This document shows, piece after piece, positions 1-14,776 of a stretch of DNA of 64,000 bases. The notes under the pieces were generated by a model. That model had not been told where the DNA came from. It did no database searches and saw only the letters and a list, made by a program, of their open reading frames with translations. This DNA comes from Octopus vulgaris (lineage: Eukaryota): positions 40,114,001 to 40,178,000 of the forward strand of contig OX597817.1 of assembly GCA_951406725.2 (NCBI GenBank), read 5' to 3'. Position 1 is the stretch's first letter; each line of letters begins with the position of its first letter. The position numbers and the translations under genes were made by a program.

Positions 1-601
1 ACACATACATATATACAACGGGCTTCTTTCAGTTTCCGTCTACCAAATCCACTGACAAGGCTTTGGTCAGCCCGAAGCTATAGTAGAAGACACTTGCCCA
101 AGGTGCCACATAGTGGGACTGAACCTGGAACCATGTGGTTGGTAAGCAAGCTACTTACCACACAGCCACTCCCCCCCCCCCCATGTGTGACCTTTTGCAA
201 TTCACTTATTTTAGTACTGACAAGAATTTGACCTACATATCTGTTATCTTCTTTTTGTATCATTTAAATTAATAATTCTTTCTACTGGAAGCACAAGGCC
301 TCAAGTTTGGGGGAAGGGATTAAGTCTATTACATTGACCTCAGTGTGTAACTGGTACTTATTTAATCAACCTCAAAAGGATGAAAGGCAAAGTCAATCTT
401 GGCAGAATTTGAACTCAGAACGTATTGGCAGATGAAATACTGCTAAGTATTTCGCTTGGCATGTTAACGATTCTGCCAGCTTGCCGCCTTTATTGTTTCA
501 ACAATAATGAAAACATTGTTTTGTTGTTGTTGTTATTGTTGTGGTTGTTGGTGTTCTTTTGCATTTTCAATGGCTAATTAATTCTTGGTAATTGCTTTTA
601 G

Positions 602-775
602 GAAATATCTGCCAGTAAAAAGATACACATTCAAGAACTCGAAGCCTATCTGAAGAGATTCCGCGATATGGAACGTTGGCTATCTGAAACAAAGAACAAC
701 TTTGGAAATTCAATTTCTCAAAATGAACAAGATTCTTCCATGGAATCTCTTACTGCAAAACTGGAAGAAAATAAA
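602..775 (+). CDS. Spectrin-repeat giant protein (nesprin-1/SYNE1-like), window exon 1
   Basis: ttttag|GAA acceptor and AAA|gtcagt donor; 174 nt, phase 0-0; EISASKKIHIQELEAYLKRFRDMERWLSETK...LEENK. Confidence 0.88.
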
Positions 776-937
776 GTCAGTGATATTTTGATTTTGCTCC
801 TTCTGTACACACATACTCACATATTCACACACAAGCAAACTCATGTTTGCATACATACGTACATATAGATTAAATCTAATTTACTTGAATTGTAACATTA
901 CTGTCTTTGTTTTAGCTTGCTTATTACTTCTAATGGT

Positions 938-1185
938 GGAGGCTGGTGGCTTAGTGGTTAGGGTGTCAGCATCATGATCGTAAGATTGTAGTTTCAATTC
1001 CTGGACCGGGCGACATGTTACGTTCTTGAGCAAAACACTTCATTTCACGTTGCTCCAGTCCACTCAGCTGGCAAAAATGAGTAACACTGCAATGGACTGG
1101 CATCCTGTCCAGCTCAGGAACACATACGCCATAGAAACTGGGAAACCAGGCCCATGAGCCTGGCTAGGCTTTAAAAGGGCACATT
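938..1185 (+). mobile_element. tRNA-derived SINE family D (also near 18938, 47686, 51130 on +; 16545 and 47215 on -)
   Basis: tggcttagtggtta A box, gtttcaattcc B box, shared ttgagcaaaacacttcatttcacgttgctccagtccactcagctg core. Confidence 0.8.
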
Positions 1186-1853
1186 TATTTTATTATTTGT
1201 TACCTCTAATGTCACTTATAATGCCTACATTATACATGTATATAATGCGTATGGGCGAGCTCAGCTGTGTAAAGAAGTACCAATCTCCAATTGTGGAGGA
1301 AACGTGTATAAGAGGTAGACCCATATAAGACTCGTCAAGCCAAGTGGAATTCTAGATGTGGCTAATGCCAGTGGCACATAGAAACCACCCATTACACTCT
1401 TGGACTGATTGGCATTAGGAAGGGCATCCAGTTCCAGTCAAACCATCTAACCTATGCCAGCAGGGAACGCAGACGCTAAACGATTATCATGATGATGATG
1501 ATGATGGTGGTGGTAGTGGCGGCAGCTATGGCGACAGCGGTATACATCCACAGCTCGCTCTGCCCATTTTTGTTCCAACTCAAGGCACTCACCACCACCC
1601 ATCACCTCCCTAATGCAGTTCTTTATATACAGAGATAGATAAGTGGATATAAATATATATATAATTATGTATATATATGTATATATGTATGTATGTATAT
1701 ACATATACGCATGTGTCTATCTATGTATAGGAATAAATATTTTAAAATATTAATGTATAAGCTCATTTGTTTATATTTCACCACTCATTCGAGCATACAT
1801 ATGCATTTGTAAAAACTCATACATGCATAATCATGCATTAAACATCATATATT

Positions 1854-1920
<67 letters not shown>

Positions 1921-1954
1921 GCACACATTTATGCATACTGCATTAATTCTATTG

Positions 1955-1987
<33 letters not shown>

Positions 1988-2533
1988 CACACATGCATAT
2001 ATATGTATACACGTAGATATGTATATATAAACGTGTGTGTGTATGGATGTAGATATATATGTATGTGTATATAAATATATATGTATACATATATACATAT
2101 ACATTTATATACACATACATATATATCTACATCCACACACACACACATGTGTATATATACATATGTACACATATTTATATATATATCTATATATGTGTGC
2201 CTGTGTATGTATGTATGTATTTAATATGGTGCATCCAGGTGCAGAACAAATTATCAATCATCACATTATTTATTGGAATGTGCCATTTGTTTATACACAT
2301 ACATATACAGACAAATACTCAAATACAAACACGCACATACAGACCTGCACATAAACACACACGCACACTCACTCATTCACTCACTCACTCGCTCACAATT
2401 ATCAGTTAGATATAACTTGACTTTATATCATTTGATAAAACACTAAAATAAATCATTATTATTATTAAATATGTCAGAAATAATGAGGATATTAAAAAAT
2501 CTTTTGTTTTCGATTTCCTTTTTATTTGTTTAG

Positions 2534-2869
2534 AAGCTGCAAGGTAAAATCCAGCAAAAACTGCAGGAATTATCTGACATGGCTTTACAATGTGATCGAG
2601 TCTGTGAATTTGAAAATCATAAATCAGCCGAGGAGATGCGTTCTGATTTGGTGAAACTTCAGAACATGTTAGCCATTTTGAAGTTAAATGTGTTGGAACA
2701 ACAAAATCACTTGAAGCAAGCTTTGAAAGAAGCTGAACGGAAGCAGAATATTCCATCTGATTTAGAATCTGAAGAATTGGTTTTAGAAAACTGGTTTGTT
2801 CCTTCTGACAGTATAGCTCTGCAATCAGAAGATAAAGTGATGGTTCTAGAACAACAACATCAACAGGAG
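2534..2869 (+). CDS. Nesprin-like gene, exon 2
   Basis: tttag|AAG and GAG|gtgaga; 336 nt, phase 0-0; KLQGKIQQKLQELSDMALQCDR...LENWF. Confidence 0.9.
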
Positions 2870-4209
2870 GTGAGAATATATTAGGATATTTTGTTATGTC
2901 TTTTTAATCTTGTTGCCATTTTAGCTTGCAAAAATCATCCAACTTTAAATTAATGGTTTCATGGTTGTGTAGTTAAGAAATTTGCCTCCCAGCCCCATGA
3001 CTTTGAGTTCAGTTCTATTGCATGGCACCTAGAGCAAATGGCTTTTACTATAACCTCGGGTCAACCGAAGCTTTGTGAGAAGATGAGGTTGACAGAAACT
3101 GGAAGAAGTCTATTTTATATGTGTGTGTATGTGTGTCTGAATGTTTGTGTCCACTCACATTGACTTTATATGGTTGATTTAAATGAGCATCACTATCATT
3201 CAAGTAATGTCCCACATTTCCAGTCTTTCCATGGGAAATATCACCTTGCTTAGAAACAGGCATGGGTTGGCAACAGTCTCTTTTGCCGAACCGCTAAGTT
3301 ACGGGGACATAAACACACCAGCATCAGTTGTCATGTGATGGTGGGGGGACAAACACAGAAACACAAACATATATACGATGGGCTTTTTTCAGTTTCTGTC
3401 TACCAAATCCACTCACAAGGCTTTGGTCGGCCCAGGGCTATAGTAGAAGACACTTGCCCAAGGTGCCACGCAGTGGGACTGAACCCGTAACCATGTGGTT
3501 GGTAAGCAAGCTACTGACAACACAGCCACTCCTACGCCTATATATGTCAGGGACATACTTCACTGAAATCAGAGAGATGATAGCAAAGCCAAGGAGTGTC
3601 CTAGTGGTTAGCATGTGCAGCTCATGATCATAATGTTCTTGGTTCAATTCCTGGACTGAGCAGTAAATTGTGACCTTCAGCAAGACACTTTATTTCATGT
3701 TATTCCAAACTACTCAGCCAGTGCAGCCCCCACTCTCTCTCTCTCTCTCTCTCTTCCTCCAACTATCACATTCTCACATTGTGGATGCTCCACTGGGTCA
3801 GGAAGACCAACAAATGTCTGTGCCTGCTCATGACTACATAGGCACCAAAAACAATAAATGAAAGGATTGTGTATGTTACCGAGTTATACTTGTTTGCCAG
3901 TGATGGCTGGCTGCACTTTATACATACATGACAGTTTATTTAAGAATGTGAATCCCTGAATTTGCCAGAACTGCAGTGGTTTTTAGCCTGTATGTTGTTC
4001 ATGATCAGATTGGATCACACTCTTTACACAACTTGTATAAGATTAATCATTACTGATGCTCTGTAATGGTTTAAAAATATATACTTGATTAATAATTTTA
4101 TCAGCAAGTAATTTATAGTAATTTTCTTCTATAATATTAATAAGTTCAATTTTATTAAATGATATATCTAATAACGTTATTAAATATGTATGTAATTATC
4201 TATATATAT

Positions 4210-4251
<42 letters not shown>

Positions 4252-4371
4252 CAAATTAATAAATAAAACATATGTATATATACATATATGTACGTACCTA
4301 CCTCTACATGTATATATACATGTGTGTGTATATAATGTATATAAATACACACATACACACGTATGTATGTA

Positions 4372-4415
<44 letters not shown>

Positions 4416-4567
4416 CACACACACCATTTATTTAAATTCTTCTTTATTTCATTTTTAGATATTCATAATTTTATTAATATTTCTCTTTTGGTTTCTCTAT
4501 CATTTATGTCACAGCTAATTAGATTTTTATTAAATTCATGTCATATCTCACTTCCAAATACTTCCAG

Positions 4568-4771
4568 AAGCTCCACCACGACTTCAGCGAACATCGCAAA
4601 CTGGTTCAGTATATTTCCAGCCAGACAATTCATCATCCTTCAGTTAAACTAGAAGGAAGATCTCCTGGCGACAGTGCTAGTAACGAAAGTGATTGGCGCC
4701 GTCTGCATGCCTGTACTTTTGTGGCAAAGCAGCAACTTATGGATCGCGTGCAAATGAAACCATTGGGGCTG
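4568..4771 (+). CDS. Nesprin-like gene, exon 3
   Basis: cttccag|AAG and CTG|gtaagt; 204 nt; KLHHDFSEHRKLV...DWRRLH. A weaker in-frame acceptor exists at 4523. Confidence 0.8.
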
Positions 4772-7656
4772 GTAAGTAGTTTAGCTGCAAGTTGATTGAT
4801 TGCTTTCAGATCACGAAATTTTCTGTTTCTAATCAAATGAACCAATCACTGAAAACTTGTGTAACAAATATTTATGAACTCTTTACTCTAGTTATTGTAT
4901 TTTTCTTGTTATTGTTGTTGCTTCAAACTATAATGAAAGGCATTCTTACCATGGCCCTCATACCTTGTTTTTAAGTGTAGTATAGTTCAGATTTCATTAT
5001 ACATTGCAGCTTATTCTAGTTTAAGCTTATGTGGTAAATTGTGAGAGAGGTTTGGCTACTATCTCAAGTAGATTGAGTAACTACATAGTGGCTTCCTCTG
5101 TTAGGTCATCTTTAGTTTATCTTTTACCTTTCACTTGTTTCAGTCATTGGACTACAGCCATGCTGGGGCACTGCCTTGAAAGATTTAATCAAATAAGTCA
5201 ACACAGTACTTTATTTTTTTTATGCATGGTAGTGATCAGTTAATTATGATTTTATTCAACGTGTTCCCCTCTCAGGCTCACATACTTATTGCAGTGGTCC
5301 TTCAGATTTTGTAGGCTTTGTAAAATAACTTGGAAGGTTGGGCCTCCAACCAGGCCTTTTGCAATGCTCTTAAAGCCAGGAACTTTTCAGTACCTCCTCG
5401 TGTATATGTATATAAACAAAGGTAGCATTGGTGGCATTGGTGAAAAAAAAGCATTGGTGTGGGTGCTGGCACCACATAACAAGCACTGGTGCTGATTCCA
5501 CATAAAAAGCACTGGTAATGGTGCCACATAAAAAGCACCCAGTACACCCTGTAAAGTGGTTGGCATTAAGAAGGGCACCCAGTCATAGAAACCAAACCAA
5601 CGCAGATTGTGGGACCTGGTGTGACCTCTGGCCTTGCCAGTTCCTGTCAAGCCACCCAACCCATGCCAATATGGAAACCAGATGTTAAATGTTGATCATG
5701 ATGGTGTGTGTATGTCTGTATGTATACAACAGGCTTCATTCAGTTTTTTATTTCTTTATTGCCCACAAGGGGCTAAACATAGTGGAGACAAACAAGGACA
5801 GACAAAAAGATTAAATCGATTACATCGACCCCAGTACGTAACTGGTGCTTAATTTATCGACCCTGAAAGGATGAAAGGCAAAGTCGATCTCAGCAGAATT
5901 TGAACTCAGGACATAACAGCAGACGAAATACCGCTAAGCATTTCACCTGGCGTTCTAACGTTTCTGCCAGCTCGCCGCCTTCATTCAGTTTCTGTCTACC
6001 AAATCAACTCACAAGAGCTATAGTCAGCCCAGAGCTATAGTAGAAGGCACTTACTCAAGGTGCTGAACCCAAGACCACATGGTTCTTTACCACATAGCCA
6101 CGCCTGTATCTAGTTTACAGAAAATATACCAAGTCAGTCATATAAATGAGAACATTATTCATTATTACAGTCACGTCATCAAAGAATTTGTTTGGGGATT
6201 TACTTGTTGCCTCATTGCTCATACTAAGAACAATTAATTCCCAACAGGCCTTTATTTGTCTGATGTTAGGAAGTGCTAGAAGATAAAAAATAGTTTTACA
6301 TTTTGTGTATGAGGCTGAAGAAGACATTTCAAATAACAAGTGTAAACTATTTTCAACTAATCATAAAGTATGGATGTTGAAAAGAGAAACTTCTCTGTAA
6401 TGTAATCATATAATAATACAACATAACTTCAAGGGACGGGAAAAAATCATTTTAAGTGTATGTATGAGTGTGTATACACACACACACACTCATGCACACA
6501 TACATACATACATAATGTCTGCTCCATGTTAGCATTAAAACAATGATGATGATAATAGTGGTGGTGGTTTTGGTGGCAGTGGTGATAATGTCATATCTTT
6601 CATATTTAACACATCTCCATTTATTTTGTGAACAATTTTTAAGTTATCTTTGATAGATTTGTATCATTGTAAAACTTGAATATTCTTCGGAGTGTGGCCA
6701 TGCTGGAGCATTGATTTAAAGAGCTTAGCCAATCAAATCAATGCTAATTATTATTATTTTATGTCTGGTATTTATTCTATTGGCCTCTTTGTTTTTCTTT
6801 GAACTGGACAGTAACAAACCAACACCAGTTGTCAGTTGGTCAGAGACAAAGATGCACACACATACACACACACAAACATGTATGTATATGTGCGTATGCT
6901 ATATGATGGAAATTGTTTGTGAAAAGCAACCCAGCAGAAACCAAGACTACAATTTAAGGATTGTGTGAAGTCCTCGTTGAGAGCATGTGAAATGTGGGAG
7001 GTCATTTTGGAAAGTAGTGCTTGTTGTTGCCACCAATGAATGGCTATCTGCAACTGTGAGCCCCGTGAGTCATAGTGACTGGCACAGTCATAGTGGCTGT
7101 GCCAGCACATTCCCCTCGCCATCCTTTTCATTTTGTCTGTTGGGTCCATGAGGCAGTCTGACAAGCCTTTTTAGATATTTCTTTGTTGTGAGGAATTTGT
7201 AAACTATTACTACGTCTATAACAACTAAAAGATGGGGTGGGCGATTTTGAAGAAAGCATACACATTTTATGCAGAGTTTAAGAGAGCTGTTCAGAAACGC
7301 ATCATTACTTGTGTAGTGAATGGGGGAAGCTTTGACTGCAATATCTGTGGATGTAGGTGTTTATCAATGGTTGGAGCTTATCAGTTGGCAGCAGGGCCAC
7401 AAGTGTAAAGTATAAATTTGACTGGGGCACATTTTTCTTAATGGTCAGTGATAGTCTTTCTCAGTCACCAGTGGCCAGCCATCATGTATGTATATATATA
7501 TATAAAATACATGTATATAAATTAGAGAAGAACTACCATGTGGCAATTTAGCAATGATATTCTTAATAATTTATATACATGTATTATATAGTGTGAAATT
7601 TGATTTAGTATTACTAAATTGAATTTTTCCCTGTAAGTTTAGAATCATATTCCCTG

Positions 7657-7688
<32 letters not shown>

Positions 7689-7691
<3 letters not shown>

Positions 7692-8556
7692 TCATCATCA
7701 TCCTCATTTAACGTCCGCTTTCCATGCTAGCATGGGTTGGACGGTTCAACTGGAGTCTGGGGAGCCCGAAGGCTGCACCAGGCCAGTCAGATCTGGCAGT
7801 GTTTCTACACTCCGAGAGTGTAGTGGGTGATTTTATGTGCCACCAACACAGGTGCCAGGCGAGGCTGGCAGACGGCCACGCTCGGATGGTGTTTTTTTTT
7901 ATGTGCCACCGACACAGGTGCCAGACGAGGCTGGCAGACGGCCACGCTCGGATGGTGTTTTTATGTGCCACCGACACAAGTGCCAGATGAGGCTGGCGAA
8001 CGGCCACGATCGGATGGTGTTTGTTACGTGCCCACAGCACGGAGGCCAGTCGATGCGGTACTGGCTACGGCCACGTTCGGATGGTTTTCTTGTGTGCCAC
8101 CGGCACTGGTACCACAAAGATACAAATTCCATTGATGTTCATCTATTTTGATTTGGTTTGATTTTCACTTGCCTCAACAGGTCTTCACAACTGTCACACA
8201 CTTGCCTCAACAGGTCTTCACAAGTGTCACATACTTGCCTCAACAGGTCTTCACAAGTGTCATAAGAAGGAAGGTATGCACAGGTAGACTGACTACGTCC
8301 CAGGTAGGGGCCACGGGTTATGGCCTGAGTAGTCTTGCCGGGTCTTTGGATGGTGTTTTTATGTGCCACCAACACAGGTGCCAGATGAGGCTGGCGAACG
8401 GCCACGATCGGATGGTGTTTGTTACGTGCCCACAGCACGGAGGCCAGTCGATGTGGTACTGGCTACCGCCACGTTTGGATGGTTTTCTTGTGTGCCACCG
8501 GCATTGGTACCACAAAGATACAAATTCCATTGATGTTCATCTATTTTGATTTGATT
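7689..8556 (-). mobile_element. RTE 3'UTR-type repeat with internal tandem expansions and duplication
   Basis: (CAT)n-tttaacgtcc... end; units of about 55 bp; three 33-bp units at 8166-8262; about 7950-8155 repeated at about 8348-8552. Confidence 0.8.
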
Positions 8557-8586
8557 TGATTATGATTATTATTATTATTATTATTA

Positions 8587-8692
<106 letters not shown>

Positions 8693-8727
8693 TTAAGATA
8701 GATAGATAGACAGATATATATAGGTAT

Positions 8728-8955
8728 ATTTCTTTACTACCCACAAGGGGCTAAACACAGAGGGGACAAACAAGGACAGACAAAGAGATTAAGTTGATTA
8801 TATCGACCCCAGTGCGTAACTGGTACTTAATTTATCGACCCCGAAAGGATGAAAGGCAAAGTCGACCTCGGCGGAATTTGAACTCGGAACGTAACAACAG
8901 ACGAGATACGGCTATGCATTTCACCCGGCGTGCTAACATTTCTGCCAGCTCGCTA
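8728..8955 (-). mobile_element. SINE family B, antisense (other - copies at 278-489, 5750-5980, 62086-62320)
   Basis: Reverse complement of the family B sequence; CpGs retained, so probably young. Confidence 0.85.
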
Positions 8956-10735
8956 CCGATATATATAGATAGATAGATAGATAGTCACATACATATATAC
9001 ATACACACATGCATATTTACACATACTTACATAATGTGGTATTCTGCAAAGTTTCTGTCAACTAAATACTCTCACTAGACATTGGTCAGTGTGGTTCTAT
9101 CATAGAAGACTCTTGACCAATGTGCAGTACAATGGAAGCACATAGTTACAAAGTAAGCCCCCTTAATGACACTGCTATACCTACACCTTAAATGAATGTA
9201 ATTGACATTGACATTAAATACTTGCAGCACAGTGATAGATTCTGCTGTCATCATTATCATCGTTTAACGTCCGTTTTCCATGCTAGCATGAGTTGGACGG
9301 TTCAACCGGGGTCTGGGAAGCCAGGAGGCTGCACCAGGCTCCAGTCTGATCTGGCAGTGTTTCTACAGCTGGATGCCCTTCCTAATGCCAACCACTTCAT
9401 GAGTGTAGTGGGTGCTTTTTACGTGCCACTGGCACAGGGGCCAGAGGAGGCTGGCAATGGCTATGATTGGTTTGTGCTTTTTACGTACCACCAGCACGGA
9501 AGCCAGTCAAGGTGGCACTGGCATCGGCCATGTTTGGATGGTGCTTTTTATGTGCCACCCGCATGGGAAACAACAAATGAGGGCTCTGCAATTTCTTGCT
9601 AAACAACCTTCATAGATGATTTCTTTATAGTGACCAAATGTTTGTGTTGTTCATGAGCTCACCATCTCCATTAAATTGCCACTGCCTGTACAGGTGCATG
9701 GTGTGCCACATATCAGATGTCAAGGCAATTACAGAGCAATGTGGAGTGAAATGTTTTGCATAAGGTTACCATGCACCACCAGGTCCAGGAATCGAAACCA
9801 TGATCTTGTGATCATGTGTGTGACACCTTAACCACTTGGCTATGTAGCATTCATTCATTCATTCACTCACCAGGGTACATGTCCATCCAGTGGGAGGGAC
9901 TCTTCTCTCTTCACTCCTCCCAACATCATCCATTTGGTGCAAGTATTTGTTTTGAGGATTTGTCATACATCACCACACTGGGCCTGCAGGTTGATAAATG
10001 TGCTTTTTAGATACCTTGGCAGAATTGAACTCAGACTGCCAAGAGCCAGAAAAAAAAATACTAGGAAGCATCCAGTCTGACATTCTTACAGTCCCACTAA
10101 TCCACCCCACTAGACTGCTACTGATTTATCTACCCTGAAAGGATAAAAGGTAAAGTTGACCACAGCAGGATTTGAACCCAGAGTGTCAGAACAACCGGCA
10201 TTCCATCCAACACTTTAATGACTCTGTGAATTCATTTCCATATACAGTAGCAACATTATAATAAAACAATAAATAAATAAAGCATATATTATCTTTTACC
10301 TTTTACTTGTTTTAGTCATTGCACTGTGACCATGCTGGGGCACTGCCTTATAGTGTTTAGCTGAACAAATTGCCCCCAATACTTACATTTTAACTTTGTT
10401 TGGTCTTTTTTGCCAAACTGCTAAATTATAGTAACATAAACAAACCAACACCAGTTGTCAAGCAGTGCAGTAGGATCAAACACAAAATTTTTGTCTACAA
10501 AATTCACTCACAGGGTCACATGTCAGATGTCCTGGGGTTGTAGAAGAAGAAACCTACCCACGCAGTGGGACTGAACCAGAAACCACACAGCCAATCCTTA
10601 TTTGAAGGATTTTCATAAAGCTAATCATTTCTGCTACCTCCCATCTTACTTTATTTATTTCATTCATGAATCATAAATCCATTTATTCTCATCCTAATTT
10701 TGTCCGTTTGATTTTATTTTCTATTCCACAAACAG

Positions 10736-11023
10736 CATTTCTCCTCAGCACAGTATATGTACAATGTTGGAACTACTGTGGATAAGAAACCAACCTTTCA
10801 GTCACATCATATCAAACAATGCTTGTCTGATTTGAATGGATGTTGGAAGAAGATTAAACAACTTCCAGCAGAAGACCAGATGTCAGTGACAACCAACCAA
10901 AAGCTGCAGAAGAAAGAACAGCAAGCTTTGTGGACTATATCACATTGGTTGGATACAATGGAGCAGTATCTCTTTACTGTGCCTCCTAAAAATGGAATAC
11001 CAGAGAAACTGAAAGAAAATGAG
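10736..11023 (+). CDS. Nesprin-like gene, exon 4
   Basis: aacag|CAT after a pyrimidine tract and GAG|gtatgt; 288 nt; ...LWTISHWLDTMEQYL...KLKENE. Confidence 0.87.
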
Positions 11024-11254
11024 GTATGTTATCTTTCATTCCAGGAAATTTAATTGTTGATTGTAGATTCCATTTTTCTAAAATAAATTAATGTAACCTG
11101 AGCAGTCTTTGTCTTGCAAGGTGCTTGGTGACCCCACTGGTGCTGGTTCTATGTAAAAAGCACCTGTACTGGTGTCACATAAAAAAAGCACCCATACTAG
11201 ATCCATGTAAAAAGCACCCATGGTGGTTCTATGTAAAAAACACCCAGTGTAAAT

Positions 11255-11372
11255 TTTTTTTGCTAGTTTATTTTGTCTCTTTGTCTTCTCTCCTGGTGCT
11301 GTATGAACATTTAATGTGGCTTTAGAGTCAAGTTTTGACTGCTTTTTCCAGCGTGGTGGTATCTCTTAGATA
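11255..11372. mobile_element. Inverted partial copy of the 16.8-kb element
   Basis: Reverse complement of about 16810-16925, inserted into another repeat. Confidence 0.75.
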
Positions 11373-13159
11373 CTCTGTAAAGTGTTTAACATTAAGAAGG
11401 GCATCCAGCCATAGCAACCTTTCCAAAACAGATAACTACCTGATGCAGCTTACCAGCTCCTGTCAAACCATCCAACCCATGCCAGCATGGAAAATGGATA
11501 TTAAATGATGATGAGGAGGATGATCCAGTTGCTAAAACACTTGCCCTTCTTTAAATGCTCATAATCCTCATCGTTTAATGTCTGTTTTCCATGCTGGCAT
11601 GAGTTGGACTGTTCAACAGGAGCTGGCATGCCAAAAGACTGCACCAAATTTGAATGTCTGCTTTGACATGGTTTCTCTGGCTGGATACCCCTTTCTAATG
11701 CCAACCACTTTACAGAGTGTACTGGGTGTTTTTTTTATGTGACAATGGTAATAATGAGGTCAGCAAGTAACTAGCAAGACAAGATCCGTCAACTGAGTGG
11801 GGTGTAGTATTTAGGAAGGTGGTTTTATGCCAGGTGATGAAAAGTTAAAATGCATGATAGAAGGACATAAATAGGTGTCATACTGTGGAGAAGATATACG
11901 GGTATCTCAGCTGGGAAAGAGAAAATATGGTAGTAAAGATGTATCAAGGTGTGAATATGTAAATTTGTAGATCAGTTGAATCTATGCCAAGCTATAAGAT
12001 TAATAATTGTGTTTATGTATGTATTTATGTGTACTTCTGTGTATTTTATCAGCTCATAAGAACACTTTACCAATTTACCATTGTGTCAGCCCCATAAATA
12101 TTTACATAATTCTTAAAATTTGAAGGTCTTGAAAGTTTATAAGATATTATGTTTATAGATTGCCATCATAAAAGACCAATATTAATTTGTTTATATTAGT
12201 TTAAAAGTTTTGATATTTCTGAAAGTTTTTCAGCATTTAACATGACATTTATTTGTTATATTCTGAGAGCATAATCCTTTTAGAAATAACAGAAAGATTT
12301 TATTCTTCCTTCTGTTGCAATTTCCACAATTTATTTCTGTTAACCCTTTCAAAATACAGCTGACAGTACTCAACATTCCATTCATAATAAAAACTATTAA
12401 AAATTGTTTTAAAATTTGAAATATTGTAAAAAAATTTTTCATTTTCTCACCATGTTTTTTTTCCTTTGTCATTGACAACTGAATATGCATCTCAGAATAG
12501 CTGTGTGCAATAGTTATTGTGTGTTATTCAGTTGAACAAGTTGTCATTTGTCAAAATGCTGACTAAAGGAAGAACCATCTTTATTGTGTCCTTGGAAATT
12601 TTAATTTCAAAAAGCTTATAACAATTTGCTGTGCATCATAACTAGCCATAATTCATCACACCAATGTACACAGTGGTGTACATTTTGGAAGAACTCAAAT
12701 CCTTCAAAATGCTGCTGGGGTGATTGTAGATAAATAACTATTAGTAATATTATTCAATACCTACTAAAATAGGCCATTTCATGCATAATTATGAGATTAA
12801 TTATTCAGATGTAGATGCTATTAATAACTGTAGGCTTGGGCCCTTTTTGTTTATCAATAGAAATATTTTCTATTGAAAAATGTAGCTTTTGCTCCAATTA
12901 ATTTTAAATATAATGGATAATTTAGTAAAATAACTTTGTTGTTATTAAGCCAGTGTTTGGAACATTAATTAACATGTAATTTTGATGGACGGTTTTAATT
13001 TCAATCAATTTAAAATAGGAACTTTGTATAATAGCATCAACGGTGATCTCAGGTGTGTTGGTATCAAAATGATTGAAGTTTAACCGTAGGGTATTTCATT
13101 GAAATGCTAAGGATTGATCGTTTTTTTTTTTTTTTCCATTTTGTTTTTCTACTTCTTAG

Positions 13160-13363
13160 ACCATGCAGAAGAGTATCACAAGTTTAAAAGACAAACTCAA
13201 CACATCAGTGATGCCTGTTTCTCAGCATCTGACAAAATCCCTTCCAGCAAATGAACAAATGCTGCCCGATGAAACCATAATGTTTATCACCGATCGTATG
13301 CTTTTGCTAACTTCACAGATACAGATTCATGCTGATCACATGAAAACGTGGAAGAAATATGAG
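13160..13363 (+). CDS. Nesprin-like gene, exon 5
   Basis: cttcttag|ACC and GAG|gtaatt; 204 nt; TMQKSITSLKDKLN...MKTWKKYE. Confidence 0.87.
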
Positions 13364-13973
13364 GTAATTACATTTTATTTAAATTTGTTTTGCAAAGATT
13401 GCGATCTAAAATCATGTTCAGGAACATTTTATCACACTCAGAATTGTCAAAGAAAGGAATAAAAAAAAAACTGTTGTCAGTTATTAGCTGTCAGGACATT
13501 GCATCCTTCAAAAAAATTCCATGCTTCTCGGTATTCACTAACACTACTCCTGACGTGTCTATGCATCCTTTCCTCTTTATGACTCTCTTAATGTCCACTT
13601 TTCTATCAGTTTGTGTTTTATTCTGTGTATTGTGTATGTACTTTTAACCTTCATAGCTGTCTTTCTTTATTTGACTTACACATCTGCTTTCTATTCCCTC
13701 TTTAACCTTTACTAATGGGTCACATTGCCCCTGAATATTATTATACAATAAGCTCATCATCATCATTATTCTTATTATTATTATTATCATCATTATTCTT
13801 CTTATTATTATTATCATCATTATTGAGTGAGAGAACAGTGCATGCCATCAAAGTAACACTAGGGTAAAATATACGAAGCCCAGTATATCCATCATGACTA
13901 CCCGTCTGATAAGGGTACACTGGGCACATGCATCACAACCATGCGTGCACGACATGGTGATCTCATATCAAGA

Positions 13974-14016
<43 letters not shown>

Positions 14017-14244
14017 AAGGTGGTGAGCTGGCAGAATTGTTACCATGCTGGGCGAAATGCTTAGCAACATTTCATCTGTCTTTATGTTCAGGGTTCAAAT
14101 TCTGCCATGGTTGACTTTGTCTTTCATCATTTCAGGGCCAATAAATTAAGTACCAGTTAGCTACTAGGGTCGATATGATCGACTTACTCCAGCCCCCACC
14201 CCACACACAAACAAATTTCAGGCCTTGTGCCTATAGTAGAAAGG

Positions 14245-14279
<35 letters not shown>

Positions 14280-14776
14280 CATTATTATTGGGGAAAATGT
14301 AGAAAAATGACAACCATTTCTGAAAAAAATGAAGAAATATAGCTAAATAGCATTCACTGAATGTGTTTATCTTTTACTTGCTCAGTCATTAGACTGTGGC
14401 CATGCTGGAGCACCACCTTGAAGCATTTTTAGTCAAATGGATTGACCCTAGTATTAACTTTTCTTAAGCCTGGTACTTATCCTATTGGTGTCTTTTGCTG
14501 AACTGCTAAGTTACAGGGATGTAAAAAAACCAACACCAGTTGTCAAGAGGTCGGGCGGGGTGAGAAAAACAGACACAATAACACACACGCTCTAAGACAC
14601 ACACATATATATGAAAGGCTTCTTTTCAGTTTCCGTCTAACAAATCTACTCACAAGGCTTTGGCAAACCCAAGGTTATAGTAGAAGATACTCAGCCAAGG
14701 TACTATACTGTAGGACTGAACCTGGAACCATGTGCCTGGGAAGCAAGCTTCTTTACTACATAGACATTTCTATGCC

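Noticed and set aside
1823-2409. Overlapping ORFs rich in Y/I/H/T/C/V (also near 4.2, 22, 57.5, 60.7 and 63.4 kb)
   Set aside because: They are translations of (TA)n, (CA)n and (CT)n microsatellites.
7818-8262. Repeat-spacer-like arrays resembling CRISPR
   Set aside because: The units are contiguous tandem copies without unique spacers, inside a eukaryotic LINE UTR, with no cas genes.
12451-12478. Minus-strand micro-exon candidate (LSMTKEKKH), and another near 15275-15332
   Set aside because: They cannot be linked convincingly to the antisense candidate and are expected by chance.
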